From positions 1 through 64,000 of the forward strand of contig JAWBBK010000001.1 in assembly GCA_038824665.1 (NCBI GenBank): a stretch of DNA of 64,000 nucleotides, written 5' to 3'. This document shows, piece by piece, positions 36,600 to 47,041 of this stretch. A model generated the notes under the pieces. It made no database searches, was not told where the DNA came from, and worked only from the letters and a program-made list of their open reading frames with translations. Both the position numbers and the translations under genes were made by a program. This DNA comes from Acidilobaceae archaeon (GTDB lineage: Archaea; Thermoproteota; Thermoprotei_A; Sulfolobales; Acidilobaceae). Position 1 is the first letter of the stretch; each line of letters begins with the position of its first letter.

Positions 36600-37452
36600 C
36601 GATTAGGGCAGTTCCACAAATCGCTAGAATCACCGCTAGAATTCTAAACGGTGATATGGTCTCTCCTAGAAGAGCCCAAGCCAAAAGAGAAGCTCCAGCA
36701 GGCTCTAGAAGAGGTGGAATTGAGGCTACCGTGAGACTCGTTATTCTAGCTAAAGCGTTTATTATTGTATGTCCCAATAACGTTGGGAAGATAACTAGAA
36801 GTAGGACCAGAGGGACTGTCTCAAGAGGAATGAAAACGTTTGAAAACAACACTGCCGAAAGCATTAACGCGACTAGACCTCCTATGAGGTATGCATAAAA
36901 CGTATACTCGAGAGCGCTCATAGAACCCCTTAACAACTTGCCGATAATGAGATAGCCCGCTACCCCAAGCATCGATATGAAAGCCAAGAGAGCGCCTCGA
37001 GGGTCTTCGGAGCCTCTGTCTAGAGTAATCGTCAGAGCCGTTATCGCAACAAGAGATACAGCGAGACCGAGATACTGACGAAACGCGATGTTAGTCTTGA
37101 AGATCACGTTGTCTGCTAAAACCATAACAACAGGATACGAGTTGACTATAGTGGCAGCTACGGCAACGCTGGTCATACTTAGACTGATATTCCATAAAGA
37201 CATGTGAAGTCCGAAAAGAAGTCCTCCAATAGCGGTGAGGATCAAAACAGAAGGCTTGAAGCTAATCTCAGAGCTGATCTTTAGAAATCTCAACAGAGCT
37301 AATGTGAGTAGAGAGGCCGTAAGCAGTCTCCACGCAGCTAAAGGAATAGGCTCAGCTCCGAGAGCTAGAGAGTACCTGATTAAGATAGAGGCTAAAGAAA
37401 AGCTAATTGAAGCCGTTGTAACGCCTGCTACTACAGTCACAAAGCGTTTCAA
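36571..37452 (-). CDS. DMT/EamA-family transporter
   Basis: About 10 TM helices, 'AAWRL', 'PTLLGHT', 'LEP..ASLLAW.LLGE'. Confidence 0.9.
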   Translation of the reverse strand: MKRFVTVVAGVTTASISFSLASILIRYSLALGAEPIPLAAWRLLTASLLTLALLRFLKISSEISFKPSVLILTAIGGLLFGLHMSLWNISLSMTSVAVAATIVNSYPVVMVLADNVIFKTNIAFRQYLGLAVSLVAITALTITLDRGSEDPRGALLAFISMLGVAGYLIIGKLLRGSMSALEYTFYAYLIGGLVALMLSAVLFSNVFIPLETVPLVLLLVIFPTLLGHTIINALARITSLTVASIPPLLEPAGASLLAWALLGETISPFRILAVILAICGTALIVSVERKQEF

Positions 37453-37535
37453 AGCTTTCCCCTGGCTCTCGAAGTGCTCGTATCTAAAGCTTAAACTTTA
37501 GAATACAATACTTTATAAGGGATGGGGGGTATCTC

Positions 37536-38339
37536 GTGGACTGCTCGAAGCTCGCCTCTGAGCAACACCCAGACGTGGCAGTAGCTGTTCTAGCTGGTGG
37601 TGAAGGGAAGAGATTTAGACCCCTAACCTACTACATCTCCAAACCTCTCATACCTATAGGGTCCTCTGAGAGACCCGTCATCGATATCATTCTTGAGTGG
37701 ATAACTAAAAGCGGCGTGAAATACATAGTTCTACTCGTCGGGTATAAGTGGAGACAACTAGTAAACTATGTAGGAGACGGAACTCGCTATGGAGCTAAAG
37801 TTAAGTATGTAGTGGACAAACCTCCTTACTCAAATACTGGAGGGGCTCTAAGAAGAGCTGTAGAACTCGGACTCTTCAATGGCTATAGAGACGTTCTCGT
37901 CTGGTATGGAGACATAGTGGCCCCCATAGATATTCACGACTTAGTGAAAAAACATAGAGACTCAGAAGCTGACATCACCTTAGTGGTATCTAGGTCTTAT
38001 AGAGTTCCTGTAGGCGTGGTCAAGATAGGAGACGGCGGTATCGTGGTCGATATGAAAGAAAAGCCTTTGCTCGATCTAGAAGCAAACATAGGTGTCTTTA
38101 TAGTTAAACGTGAAAGCATAGAACGGATCTTGGCTGAAAGCAATTTGGGTTGCTCTTTCGATATCTCAGAAGACCTAATACCCTCTGCGATAAGAGCTAA
38201 ACTCAAAGTCAACGCTTATCTCTTTAATGGCGTTTGGTATGATGTGGGTAGCATAGAACGTTATGAAAAGATAGACCATGAAGACTTAGAGAGGCTAATG
38301 TGTATAGAGAAAGAGCCCCCGCCTTACGTCTACCTCTAG
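37536..38339 (+). CDS. NDP-sugar pyrophosphorylase-family nucleotidyltransferase
   Basis: LAGGEGKRFRPLT...KPL, TGGAL, YGD, EKP, WYDVG. Confidence 0.9.
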   Translation: MDCSKLASEQHPDVAVAVLAGGEGKRFRPLTYYISKPLIPIGSSERPVIDIILEWITKSGVKYIVLLVGYKWRQLVNYVGDGTRYGAKVKYVVDKPPYSNTGGALRRAVELGLFNGYRDVLVWYGDIVAPIDIHDLVKKHRDSEADITLVVSRSYRVPVGVVKIGDGGIVVDMKEKPLLDLEANIGVFIVKRESIERILAESNLGCSFDISEDLIPSAIRAKLKVNAYLFNGVWYDVGSIERYEKIDHEDLERLMCIEKEPPPYVYL

Positions 38340-38445
38340 TTTCTGAAACCTTGAGGGCTAGGTCTATAGACTTTTTCCAACTCTTTAGACTCCAGTCTTA
38401 AAGGCTATTAAGCTCTCGACGAAGACTTAATGGAGGCGACCGATT

Positions 38446-39633
38446 TTGAGAGAGGTCTATATCGTTGACGGTGTGAGAACTCCAATAGGAAAGTTCGGTA
38501 AGAGCTTGAAGAACTACAAGGCTTCAGATCTGGCTTCATTTGTGATCAGAAAGCTTCTGAACAGAACAAATCTAGATCCTTTCTCTATAGACTTCGTAGT
38601 CATGGGTCATGTGATAAGAGCTGGAACAGGTATGAATACAGCAAAGCAAGCTGCTCTTCGAGCTGGGCTCTCGCCTAACGTAGCGGCCAGTAACGTTGAC
38701 ATGGTCTGCGCTAGCGGGATAAAAGCGATCATAACGGCATCACTTCACATAGCCGTAGGCGATTACGATATAGCTATAGCCGGAGGCATGGAGTCTATGA
38801 GTCAAGCTCCCTTGTTGCTACCGGCCTCTCACAGATGGGGTGTGAGACATTTGGTCTTAGATAGAGGCCTAGGGTCTATACTTGACAGCATGGTTTATGA
38901 TGGACTAACAGATGTTCTGAACGCCACCTTAATGGGTGAAGAAGCCGATAATGTAGCTCATAGATATGGAGCAACTAAAGAAGAGCTCGACTGGATAGGT
39001 TACGAAAGTCATAGGAGAGCCTCTTGGGCCTGGACTCATGGACTCTTCAAAAAACACGTAGAAGCTATTGTAGACAACGGTAACGTCGTGCTCGAAAAAG
39101 ATGAGGGAGTACGATATGACCTGAAACTTGAAGAAGCATACACATCGAAGCCTATTTTTAGTCCAGAGGGACTTCATACCCCTATATCTTCGAGTCAGCT
39201 AAGCGATGGAGCTGCTGCAGTCATTTTAGCCTCTAACGAAGCTGTCAAGAAGTTTAGGCTAGAGCCTATAGCTAGGATAGTAGGATACTCTTACGTTGGG
39301 ATCGAGCCTAGAGACTTTCCTGTAGCCCCAGTCTACGCAATTCGGAAGCTATTATCGAAGATCGGATGGAGCATCGATAAGGTCGACTTCTGGGAGAATA
39401 ACGAGGCTTTTGCTGTAAACAGTTTCTTAATCAACAAGCTATTGGGCATTCCGTATGACGCTCTTAACGTATATGGAGGAGCGATAGCTCTAGGACACCC
39501 TCTAGGAGCGAGCGGAGCGAGAATAACGGTAGATCTGCTGAATGTGTTAGAGACGAGGAATGGAATCAGAGGGGTCGTCTCAATATGTCATGGACTCGGA
39601 GGAGCTGCTGCACTAGCTATCGAGCTCCTCTGA
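38446..39633 (+). CDS. Acetyl-CoA acetyltransferase (thiolase)
   Basis: RTPIGKF, VCASG, GGMESMS, NEAFA, GHPLGASG, ICHG. Confidence 0.95.
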   Translation: MREVYIVDGVRTPIGKFGKSLKNYKASDLASFVIRKLLNRTNLDPFSIDFVVMGHVIRAGTGMNTAKQAALRAGLSPNVAASNVDMVCASGIKAIITASLHIAVGDYDIAIAGGMESMSQAPLLLPASHRWGVRHLVLDRGLGSILDSMVYDGLTDVLNATLMGEEADNVAHRYGATKEELDWIGYESHRRASWAWTHGLFKKHVEAIVDNGNVVLEKDEGVRYDLKLEEAYTSKPIFSPEGLHTPISSSQLSDGAAAVILASNEAVKKFRLEPIARIVGYSYVGIEPRDFPVAPVYAIRKLLSKIGWSIDKVDFWENNEAFAVNSFLINKLLGIPYDALNVYGGAIALGHPLGASGARITVDLLNVLETRNGIRGVVSICHGLGGAAALAIELL

Positions 39634-39652
39634 CTTCAACAAATTGTCAGGA

Positions 39653-40246
39653 TTAGAGCCTTTCAGTAAGGGCTCGGACTCCCGTTCTTCTCAGCCACTC
39701 CACGAATGCAATGACGTGCTCTGTATGTAAACTCATGGGACCAACCGAAATGACGTCTGCTCCTAAAGACAGAACGAAGGACTGAAGGTGTTCGGGCATG
39801 TCGATCTGAGAGCCTAAAAAGAAAAGCCTTTGTCCTTCGACCAAATGGGGGTTAGACAACGCGTTTTCTCCTTCTTCTTTCAAAAGCGTGAACTTGAAGC
39901 CAAATCTGCGTACCTTAAGCCAAAGCTTTTCAGGACTCTCGCTCATCACTTCAAGAGTGCCTAAACGTCCCCTCTTTAAAGCCTTCGAGAGGCTAAGAAC
40001 TGCTTCTCTCTCACTTGTGTAACTTGGTCGAGCATCAAAAACAATCTTAGGTGGATCTGGAGGACCTAAGAGAACTCCTAGAAAGCACGTTCCTGAAAAG
40101 AAAGATAGGACATACATACATCTGGCTATTATATCAATTCTGCCCGCCGAGCTTGCATAACCTCGAGGCTTGAAGGAAGCTGTGACTGCTGTCGGGCTGA
40201 CCACACAGTAAACAGCCTGACAGCCAGTTAGCCCGTTTAAGATCAC
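39653..40246 (-). CDS. trmY: tRNA (pseudouridine54-N1)-methyltransferase TrmY-like SPOUT protein
   Basis: AGRIDIIARC, LLGPPDPPK, L.EEG, ISVGP.SLH...VI. Confidence 0.8.
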   Translation of the reverse strand: MILNGLTGCQAVYCVVSPTAVTASFKPRGYASSAGRIDIIARCMYVLSFFSGTCFLGVLLGPPDPPKIVFDARPSYTSEREAVLSLSKALKRGRLGTLEVMSESPEKLWLKVRRFGFKFTLLKEEGENALSNPHLVEGQRLFFLGSQIDMPEHLQSFVLSLGADVISVGPMSLHTEHVIAFVEWLRRTGVRALTERL

Positions 40247-40304
40247 TCAGAGTTCTCCTCGACCCCCTTAGAGACGATCGTATCCTTCCCGTGAGCTTAC
40301 GACT

Positions 40305-40694
40305 TCATCTCAGGTCGTAGTAGACCTCGTTCTCTTCTTTAGCTACATCTTCGATCTCGACTATAACTTTGACGCGCAAACTATCGCCAGTAGATTTGAA
40401 AACGTTCTCTCCCAGCTCTACTCCTATCACAACTGGGTTGCCAAGATCATCGGTAAACCTAACCTCAGCGACGTAAGTGCTCGAGGGGCCTCCTTCTTCC
40501 ATCATCTTCAGTAGGGCGTCGTAGATCCTTGAAATAGCCATTTGTAAAGATATAGGACTTGAGAAGTCTTCAGGCTTTAAAGTTATGGTAGATAGTCCTT
40601 TGATCACCTTCCCAACTCTACCTGTAGCCTCAAAGACTCTGACCACACTCCTTCTCTCTTCGCTCACTCCTCTACCCCAATGCCTCCAAAGCAT
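40305..40694 (-). CDS. Hypothetical protein
   Basis: Plausible ORF; true start probably the GTG near 40667. Confidence 0.7.
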   Translation of the reverse strand: MLWRHWGRGVSEERRSVVRVFEATGRVGKVIKGLSTITLKPEDFSSPISLQMAISRIYDALLKMMEEGGPSSTYVAEVRFTDDLGNPVVIGVELGENVFKSTGDSLRVKVIVEIEDVAKEENEVYYDLR

Positions 40695-40780
40695 CTAACC
40701 TTAATATTATGCCAACCGTTCGTAACACAAATAGAAGAGCGAAGAGCTATTAAGCTACCTCCAGAAGTCCTGAGGTGTGG

Positions 40781-40859
<79 letters not shown>

Positions 40860-40954
40860 GAAAGAAAGACAGAATCTTTTCTACAGAATCTTTTCTTATG
40901 TCTAAAGAGAACGAGTTGAACGAAGCTGTAGGATTGGAACAGCTCTTCTCGGTC

Positions 40955-41689
40955 TTAAGTCTGTTGAGATTGTGTTCCTTTCTTTCTGCCGGTTCTTCTT
41001 GCTGCTATGTGTCCGACCTTCCTGCCTGGTGGTGCGTTCCTGCTTACCGTAGAGGGCTTACTTTTTCTCTGGTGTCTACCTCCACCGAAAGGATGACAAG
41101 CAACGATCATAGCTACTCCTCTTACTCTAGGCCACTTTCTGGCTTTTTTCTTCCACTTGTGGTAAGCGTTCCCTGCCTTCATTAACGGTTTCTCGATCCT
41201 TCCGGCTCCTGCTGGAACTCCTATCGTGGCTCTACAGTCGCCGCTTAACGTTTTCTGTCTTCCACTCGGTAGGAGAACCACAACCTCGTTACCGCTTTTT
41301 CCTAAAACCGTACAATAACTGCCTGCTTGTCTCGCTATCTTACCTCCATCGCCGGGTCTCAGCTCTACGTTACAGACAAGAGTTCCTTCTGGGATGTTCT
41401 TTAGCATTGTGATATTGCCGGGAGCCACGCTGGCTTCAGGTCCTATCTCTATTGTCTGACCTACATACATTCCCTCGACAGCTGGCATTAAGAACTCCTC
41501 TCCAGAGTCTAAGACTATTCTAGCTAGTGGAACATATCGACCTGGATCGTGTACAAGTTCAACAACTTTAGCTTTATGTGTGCTAAAATCTAAAGGTGGA
41601 TACTTAGCTGGACCCACTCTTAAGTGCGAAGGGCTTCTGAAGGTTGGTGATCCCCTTCCTGCTCTCTGCTGGATTAGACTTCTACCCAT
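40955..41689 (-). CDS. rpl2: 50S ribosomal protein L2
   Basis: QQRAGRGSPTFR, HDPGR, WPRVRGVAM, HPFGGG, PPGRKVGHIAARRTG. Confidence 0.98.
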   Translation of the reverse strand: MGRSLIQQRAGRGSPTFRSPSHLRVGPAKYPPLDFSTHKAKVVELVHDPGRYVPLARIVLDSGEEFLMPAVEGMYVGQTIEIGPEASVAPGNITMLKNIPEGTLVCNVELRPGDGGKIARQAGSYCTVLGKSGNEVVVLLPSGRQKTLSGDCRATIGVPAGAGRIEKPLMKAGNAYHKWKKKARKWPRVRGVAMIVACHPFGGGRHQRKSKPSTVSRNAPPGRKVGHIAARRTGRKKGTQSQQT

Positions 41690-41835
41690 AGCTAGTCCTT
41701 CCTCTAGCTCCTCGATCAGACCTTAAAATAGATTTCAGAGAGTCCGCAGATGACTCACTACAACCGATCTCGTTTGCTTTCCACTAGTCACATCATGTTT
41801 TTAAGCTTCTGCTCCATGAAGACCTAGGGACAGAT

Positions 41836-42000
41836 ATGCCGGTAACAGACCCTCAGCTATTAGCCATATTTGAAGCTAGAGTGCTAAACAAAAAAGTGTG
41901 TAGAAAGTGTGGAGCCCTCAATCCCATGTCTGCTGTCAAGTGCAGACGATGTAGGAGTACCAACCTAAGGCCTAAAAAGAAGCTCATGGGCAAGAAGTGA
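41836..42000 (+). CDS. rpl40e: 50S ribosomal protein L40e (54 aa, not in ORF track)
   Basis: Manual translation [54 protein letters not shown]. Confidence 0.97.
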   Translation: MPVTDPQLLAIFEARVLNKKVCRKCGALNPMSAVKCRRCRSTNLRPKKKLMGKK

Positions 42001-42023
42001 AGGAATATAGCGGGAGCAACGAT

Positions 42024-42590
42024 ATGCCTTTAAGAGTTCCTCTCCACGAGTCCTGTGTTAAGAAAGGCTCTCTCTGTGCATCGTGCTCCAGTAAAGTAAA
42101 GAGAGAGGAGGTAGAAGAGTGGGAGGTAGACGTGATCAGAGCTCTCTTTTTAGCTCTAGAAAAGATAAAGATAGATACCGATATGAGATATTATGCTTCT
42201 GCTGTAGCCGGATCTACGCTTTACATAGCTCTTGAAGGAGAAGAAGTGAAAGGACTTGAAGAAGAACTCTCCAAAGTTCTCTCGCTACCCCGTGTCACAA
42301 AGGTAAGGCTTCTCTTCTTCAGAGGCGGAGACCTAGGTTTGCTTGAAAGAGTATATGGACAAAAGGTCCTCTCGGTGAACAAAGTTTACGATCCTGATGG
42401 AAGCGTTCAGCTTCACATAAAAGTAGCTAGACCAGACCCGGGAGCCGACAAGCTCGCTTCTCTACTTTTAAAAGTTAATGTGAAAAGCTTTGAGGCTAAA
42501 GAGGTAGCCCGACAACGCTCAGAGAGAGCGTTCAGTCGAGAGGCTAAGAGAGCTGACGTAAAGAAGCTTCTAGATAAGCTCTTCAGCTAA
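42024..42590 (+). CDS. Archaeal NusA-like paralog (N-terminal Zn motif), divergent
   Basis: 'RVPLHESCVKKGSLCASC' matches the N-terminus of the second archaeal NusA-like family; 'VLSVNKVYDPDG'. Confidence 0.7.
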   Translation: MPLRVPLHESCVKKGSLCASCSSKVKREEVEEWEVDVIRALFLALEKIKIDTDMRYYASAVAGSTLYIALEGEEVKGLEEELSKVLSLPRVTKVRLLFFRGGDLGLLERVYGQKVLSVNKVYDPDGSVQLHIKVARPDPGADKLASLLLKVNVKSFEAKEVARQRSERAFSREAKRADVKKLLDKLFS

Positions 42591-43638
42591 ACCACTGATC
42601 AAGCCTTTTCTGTCTGGACTTGACGTGTTCTCTGAAAGCTTTTTTGAGCCTCTCAACAGCATTTGTCACCCTCTCTTTATTAAAGTCGTGTTTCTCTACC
42701 AGTATCTCGTATATCCTCCTCTCGTCAGGCTCTCGAAACACAACTTTGTAATCCTGTTTCACTGGCGGTTTCAGGAAATACTCATATATCGCTATGGGGT
42801 TTATGTCATCCCCCCAATCAGATTTGGGAATGCTCTGAAGAGCCTTAATGGGGTCTCCCAAAGCTTTTACATGTCTGTAGGCTCTTTGAACACCCCATCC
42901 TCTAGCTCCGCCGAGATTATAGTCTGTACCAACTATCACCCCTATAGCTATGAGTTGCTCTCTAGTAATGCCGAGAGCTTTCAACAGCTCATCTAGTTCT
43001 ATGAGCTCAGGTTTGACCTCAACATACTCCTCTCTTCCTGGCATCTTCCTCTTACCGGTTATCGCTAAGTTTCTGACAAGACGCTTAGCTCCGAAAAGGA
43101 GGCTATCGTAGTCCTGGCTTCCGACAGCATATGCGTCTCCTCTTATCGTCATATAGGCTGCCTGAGCTTCACCTTCTGCCTCTGCTTGAATCCAGGGGAT
43201 CCCCATAGAGTTCAGAAGCTCTTGAGACTCACGAACCATGTCTGTAGTGAGTCTGCTCGTAGCCTGAGCGTATTTCCTCGCCTCTTCCAAAAGACCGGCC
43301 TCCAAAGCCTCTTTGTATCTAGCCTCAGCTTCAACTCTCCTCTTGGCCCTTTCTTCTAGCTCTCTAGCCTTGAGTTCAGGAGGTTTGCCGTCGAAAACAT
43401 AAATAGGTCTAACTCCCTCTTCAATTAAGTTTATTGTTCTATAGAAGAGACCGCTAAGATGACTCGTCACTCTTCCCTCTCTATCCATCAGAGGGGTCCC
43501 ATCAGGTTGCCTTATAGCCGATAGGAACTGATAAAGCACGTTATAAGCGTCTAAAGCTATGACCTCTCCACGAAGTCTTGACAACTCGACCTCTTTTCTG
43601 ACCCTCTCAGGAATCAACTCTCTTATATTGACTCCCAC
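42583..43638 (-). CDS. fen: Flap endonuclease 1
   Basis: MGVNIRELI, DAYN.LYQFL, EGEAQAA, SQDYD, GTDYN, C-terminal PIP box QKRLDQWF. Confidence 0.98.
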   Translation of the reverse strand: MGVNIRELIPERVRKEVELSRLRGEVIALDAYNVLYQFLSAIRQPDGTPLMDREGRVTSHLSGLFYRTINLIEEGVRPIYVFDGKPPELKARELEERAKRRVEAEARYKEALEAGLLEEARKYAQATSRLTTDMVRESQELLNSMGIPWIQAEAEGEAQAAYMTIRGDAYAVGSQDYDSLLFGAKRLVRNLAITGKRKMPGREEYVEVKPELIELDELLKALGITREQLIAIGVIVGTDYNLGGARGWGVQRAYRHVKALGDPIKALQSIPKSDWGDDINPIAIYEYFLKPPVKQDYKVVFREPDERRIYEILVEKHDFNKERVTNAVERLKKAFREHVKSRQKRLDQWFS

Positions 43639-44034
43639 AAATCCCCCACTGCTCAGAGTCAAAGGGCTATGGTTAAGTTTCTTAGGCTTAAAAACTTTAG
43701 CATAATTCGCATCGTTCGAGGTTTCTCTAAGATCTTCGAAGTGGTCTATACGTTATCCAACAGCAAGCACAGAGACGTCAAACTTAACAGCTATTAGTCA
43801 CATCTCTTCTCAGATACTCTGAGTCAATATGAAGACCTTTTGTAGACCCTACAACTCTTCTTCAGTTACTGAATCAAGTTTGGTCTCAAAACAGTCGAAA
43901 CGCGGCATTTAGTTCTGTCTTTAAGCTGAGAGAACAGCTGTAACTATGTTCTACTTACGGTTTGAAGGCTCTACTAAGAATGAGAAAACCACGCTCTACA
44001 TATAAAGGCTCCAGTCCTCAAGACTTCCGAAGGA

Positions 44035-44132
44035 GGGGCCGTCGTCTAGCCTGGCTAGGATGCCAGCCTGGGGAGCGTATCCCCAGCCCGGAACGCTGGT
44101 GGTCCCGGGTTCAAATCCCGGCGGCCCCACCA
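44035..44132 (+). tRNA. tRNA-Pro (GGG) with 20-nt intron at 37/38 (44074-44093), CCA encoded
   Basis: GGGGCCG/CGGCCCC acceptor; CCAGC-CTGGGG[intron]C-GCTGG; BHB central helix CTGG/CCGG with GG^A and AA^C bulges. Confidence 0.93.
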
Positions 44133-47041
44133 TGCTTCTCTATGTAGACAGCCGGCTTAGCAGGAAGGGCTTGAGATCTTCTTGGAGACACCCCTTCTTC
44201 TTCTCTTTCTACGTAGACTTCTACACCTAGTTCTCTAGCGAAGAACTCTTCTGCTTCTTTGAGTACTGAATACTCGAGTTCTGGATCTATAAGATTCTCA
44301 ATTATTTCTGAACTCTTCGCCACTCTCGAGATCAGAACTCCCGCTTTCTCTTTATATTGTGATGTCCTCAGGACTTCTCTAAGAGCTTCGGCTAAAGGTC
44401 TGCTTTCTGAGAGCTTTTTGACCTCGTTAAGGAACTCGTACTTCCATCTGGCTGCCGTAGTTATGATAACCTTGTCTCCGCCTACTAATCTAAGGACCTC
44501 TCTGACGTCACTAAGTGTGTTCTCCACTATCTTCTCAGCCTTGGCTATATCCGACTTTATTGCCGAAAGGACGGGCTCTGGCCACCGAGCCAAAGACACA
44601 AAGCCTTCTTTTCCTATATTGGACCACACCTCTTCAGCTACATGAGGAGCGAATGGGGCTATGATGAGCGTCTGAACCTCTATGAACTTCTTCAAGAGTT
44701 CTTTATTAGGGATTTTTGCTCTCCTTAAATACCACTTAAACTTCGATTGAAGGCCGTAGAAGCCTTCAACTAAAGCCGATCTGTACATGGTTTTGTCCAT
44801 GAGGTCTGTGACTTTAACTATTGTCTCGTTGAGTACATGATTAAACCAGTCGTCGATTCTCTTCCAATCGTCTCTTCCCTTTCCATAGTTGTTTTTAGCG
44901 AACTCGAGCCAAGCTACTAGGTCTTCTACAGCAGAGTCTGCTGTAGCTGGATCAAAGTTAGCATCATCAAGTGTAGAATCAGCTCCTGCAAGAACCTCTG
45001 CCCATCTGGTAGCGTCGGCCCCCCACCACTCTAGAGCTTGTCTCAATAGAATGAAGTTACCTTTGCTCTTGCTCATCTTCTCTCCTCCTACTAGAACCCA
45101 GCCGTTAACGCTTATGCCTCTAGGCCAGAACTCTCTCGGGAATATGGCTACATGGTGCATTATAAAGAAGATGAGATGATTATAGAGCAAGTCTTTTCCG
45201 CTTATCCTGAGGTCTACCGGATACCAATATAGAAACTCTCTTCTCATATCCTCTAGAAGTTCGACTCCGATTCCTGTTTTTCTAGAAACCTCTTTGGGAT
45301 CTCCTACGCCCAGAAACACATAGTCAAAGAACTCAGGACTTAGGCTTTCAGGCTTGATCCCGTACTTCTCCTGTTGCTTGATATATTTGGAAAGAGTGTA
45401 ATAGGCCATGTATATGGTCGAGTCACTAAGACTCTCTATGACCCATTCGGGATCCCAGGGCAAATGTGTGCCTAGCTCTCCTTTGTGGGTGAAGGCCCAG
45501 TCTCCGAGTTCCTTCAGGAACCTCTTCATCTCTTCTTTAGCCTCCTCAGGGACTATCGTCATAGAGTCTATGGCTTCGAGAGCTGTCTTCTTCCAGCTCT
45601 CGTTGCTGTATAGGATGAACCACTGATCTTCAACTATCTTTACGTGTGTTCTACTCCCACATCTACAATAGACTCGCTGAGGTAGGGTGTAAACCTTCAG
45701 GGTCGCACCTATGGACTCAAGCCATGAAGCGATCTCTTTCCTAGCCTGAGAGACCCTGACGCCTCTCCAAGCTCCGGCGTTCTCTAACATCACTCCTTTG
45801 TGAAACTCTCTACTGTAGAGGTTCTTCGTTGCTTCTTCTAGCAACTTTCTGTCATGTTGACTTTTAACGCCCTTTGCTTTAAGCTCTTCGAGAGCTGGAA
45901 CTCCTTTGTAGTCTTCTGTCTCGATTATCACTATGGGCTCTATCGAAGCGACCAGCTCGTGGCTTAGACCATACTTAGTCAATAGCTCTTTGTTATTCTT
46001 GAGGTCTAGGAGTGCAGCTAAATCGAAAGGAGCGTGAGCTGGAACGCTCATAACGACTCCTGTTCCCACATCAGGGTCTAAGAACCATGCCGGTAGGACA
46101 GGAACTTCAGAGCCTGTAGCTGGATTTGTTGCCCACAGTCCTAAGAGTTCCTGTCCTCTTACTTTACCTCTGACCTCTACGGAGTATCTTTGGTCTCTTA
46201 ACTCCTTGGCAGCTGTCTCTCCAAGGATCCATGTCTCTCCGTTGACCTCTGCTATCAAGTATGAGGCTTCAGAATGTATCCAAATGTTTGTAACCCCGAA
46301 AACCGTCTCGGGCCTGAGAGTTAGAGCTGGAAGCACTCTGCCATCTCTGAGTCTGAACTTAATGATATAAGCCTCTATAGGGCTGATTCCTACATACTCA
46401 TCGGGTCTGTCGTGGTCTCCCACAACCTTGTTCTCCTTGGGACACCAGACGACAGGATGTGTACCCTTTCCTATTAGGTTCTTCTCTTTAAGCTTGAGGT
46501 ATTGCCACTCTATGAACTTACTGTAGTAAGGATTTAGTCGTGTTGTAAAGAACTCCCTCCTCCAGTCTATGCTCATCCCGTATCTCTCTAAGTCTCTCTT
46601 CCACTCCTTCGTAAAGTACTCTACCCAGGTCTCAGGGTCTCTGAACTTCTCTATATCGTGCTCCGGCACTCCAACTGCCTTGAGGCTCTCCACGACTTTG
46701 GTGTCTCCCTCTCTTAGTCTCAGAGCAGCCGCTACTATAGGCCCTCCTGTAGCGTGCCAGCCTTGAGCGAATAGCACGTTGAACCCTCTCATTCTCTTGT
46801 ACCTAGCCGTTATGTCTACTCTGAGTATTGTGAAAGCGCTACCCAAATGAGGAGGAGCATTGACATAAGGATAGGGAAAAGTCACGAAATACTTCTCAAC
46901 GCCTAGTTTAGGGTCAGCCTCGAAGACTCTAGCGTTTCTCCACCTCTCTTGCCACTTGACCTCTATGGATTTGAGAAGCTCTACTAGCTCTCTCGAGGCT
47001 TTGGGAACAACAGTTAGAGTCCTGGGTTTCTCTTCAACAAT
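44111..47041 (-). CDS. leuS: Leucine--tRNA ligase (archaeal type); probable ATT start at 47041
   Basis: FPYPY..PHLGS (HIGH-like), GDHDR, GTGVVMSVPAHAP editing domain, KMSKS; the conserved N-terminus IEVKWQERW..FEADP lies upstream of the track start 46885. Confidence 0.95.
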   Translation of the reverse strand: MVEEKPRTLTVVPKASRELVELLKSIEVKWQERWRNARVFEADPKLGVEKYFVTFPYPYVNAPPHLGSAFTILRVDITARYKRMRGFNVLFAQGWHATGGPIVAAALRLREGDTKVVESLKAVGVPEHDIEKFRDPETWVEYFTKEWKRDLERYGMSIDWRREFFTTRLNPYYSKFIEWQYLKLKEKNLIGKGTHPVVWCPKENKVVGDHDRPDEYVGISPIEAYIIKFRLRDGRVLPALTLRPETVFGVTNIWIHSEASYLIAEVNGETWILGETAAKELRDQRYSVEVRGKVRGQELLGLWATNPATGSEVPVLPAWFLDPDVGTGVVMSVPAHAPFDLAALLDLKNNKELLTKYGLSHELVASIEPIVIIETEDYKGVPALEELKAKGVKSQHDRKLLEEATKNLYSREFHKGVMLENAGAWRGVRVSQARKEIASWLESIGATLKVYTLPQRVYCRCGSRTHVKIVEDQWFILYSNESWKKTALEAIDSMTIVPEEAKEEMKRFLKELGDWAFTHKGELGTHLPWDPEWVIESLSDSTIYMAYYTLSKYIKQQEKYGIKPESLSPEFFDYVFLGVGDPKEVSRKTGIGVELLEDMRREFLYWYPVDLRISGKDLLYNHLIFFIMHHVAIFPREFWPRGISVNGWVLVGGEKMSKSKGNFILLRQALEWWGADATRWAEVLAGADSTLDDANFDPATADSAVEDLVAWLEFAKNNYGKGRDDWKRIDDWFNHVLNETIVKVTDLMDKTMYRSALVEGFYGLQSKFKWYLRRAKIPNKELLKKFIEVQTLIIAPFAPHVAEEVWSNIGKEGFVSLARWPEPVLSAIKSDIAKAEKIVENTLSDVREVLRLVGGDKVIITTAARWKYEFLNEVKKLSESRPLAEALREVLRTSQYKEKAGVLISRVAKSSEIIENLIDPELEYSVLKEAEEFFARELGVEVYVEREEEGVSPRRSQALPAKPAVYIEKHGGAAGI

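Noticed and set aside
40868-40897. Short direct repeat ACAGAATCTTTT after tRNA-Gly
   Set aside because: Two copies only, not a tRNA 3' duplication or CRISPR repeat; most likely terminator sequence
41735-41796. C/D box sRNA on the minus strand (ATGATGT...CTGA)
   Set aside because: Imperfect box C, no clear D'/C' boxes, no recognisable target; overlaps the rpl2/rpl40e promoter region
43962-44147. 61-aa ORF
   Set aside because: Runs through the tRNA-Pro gene; spurious
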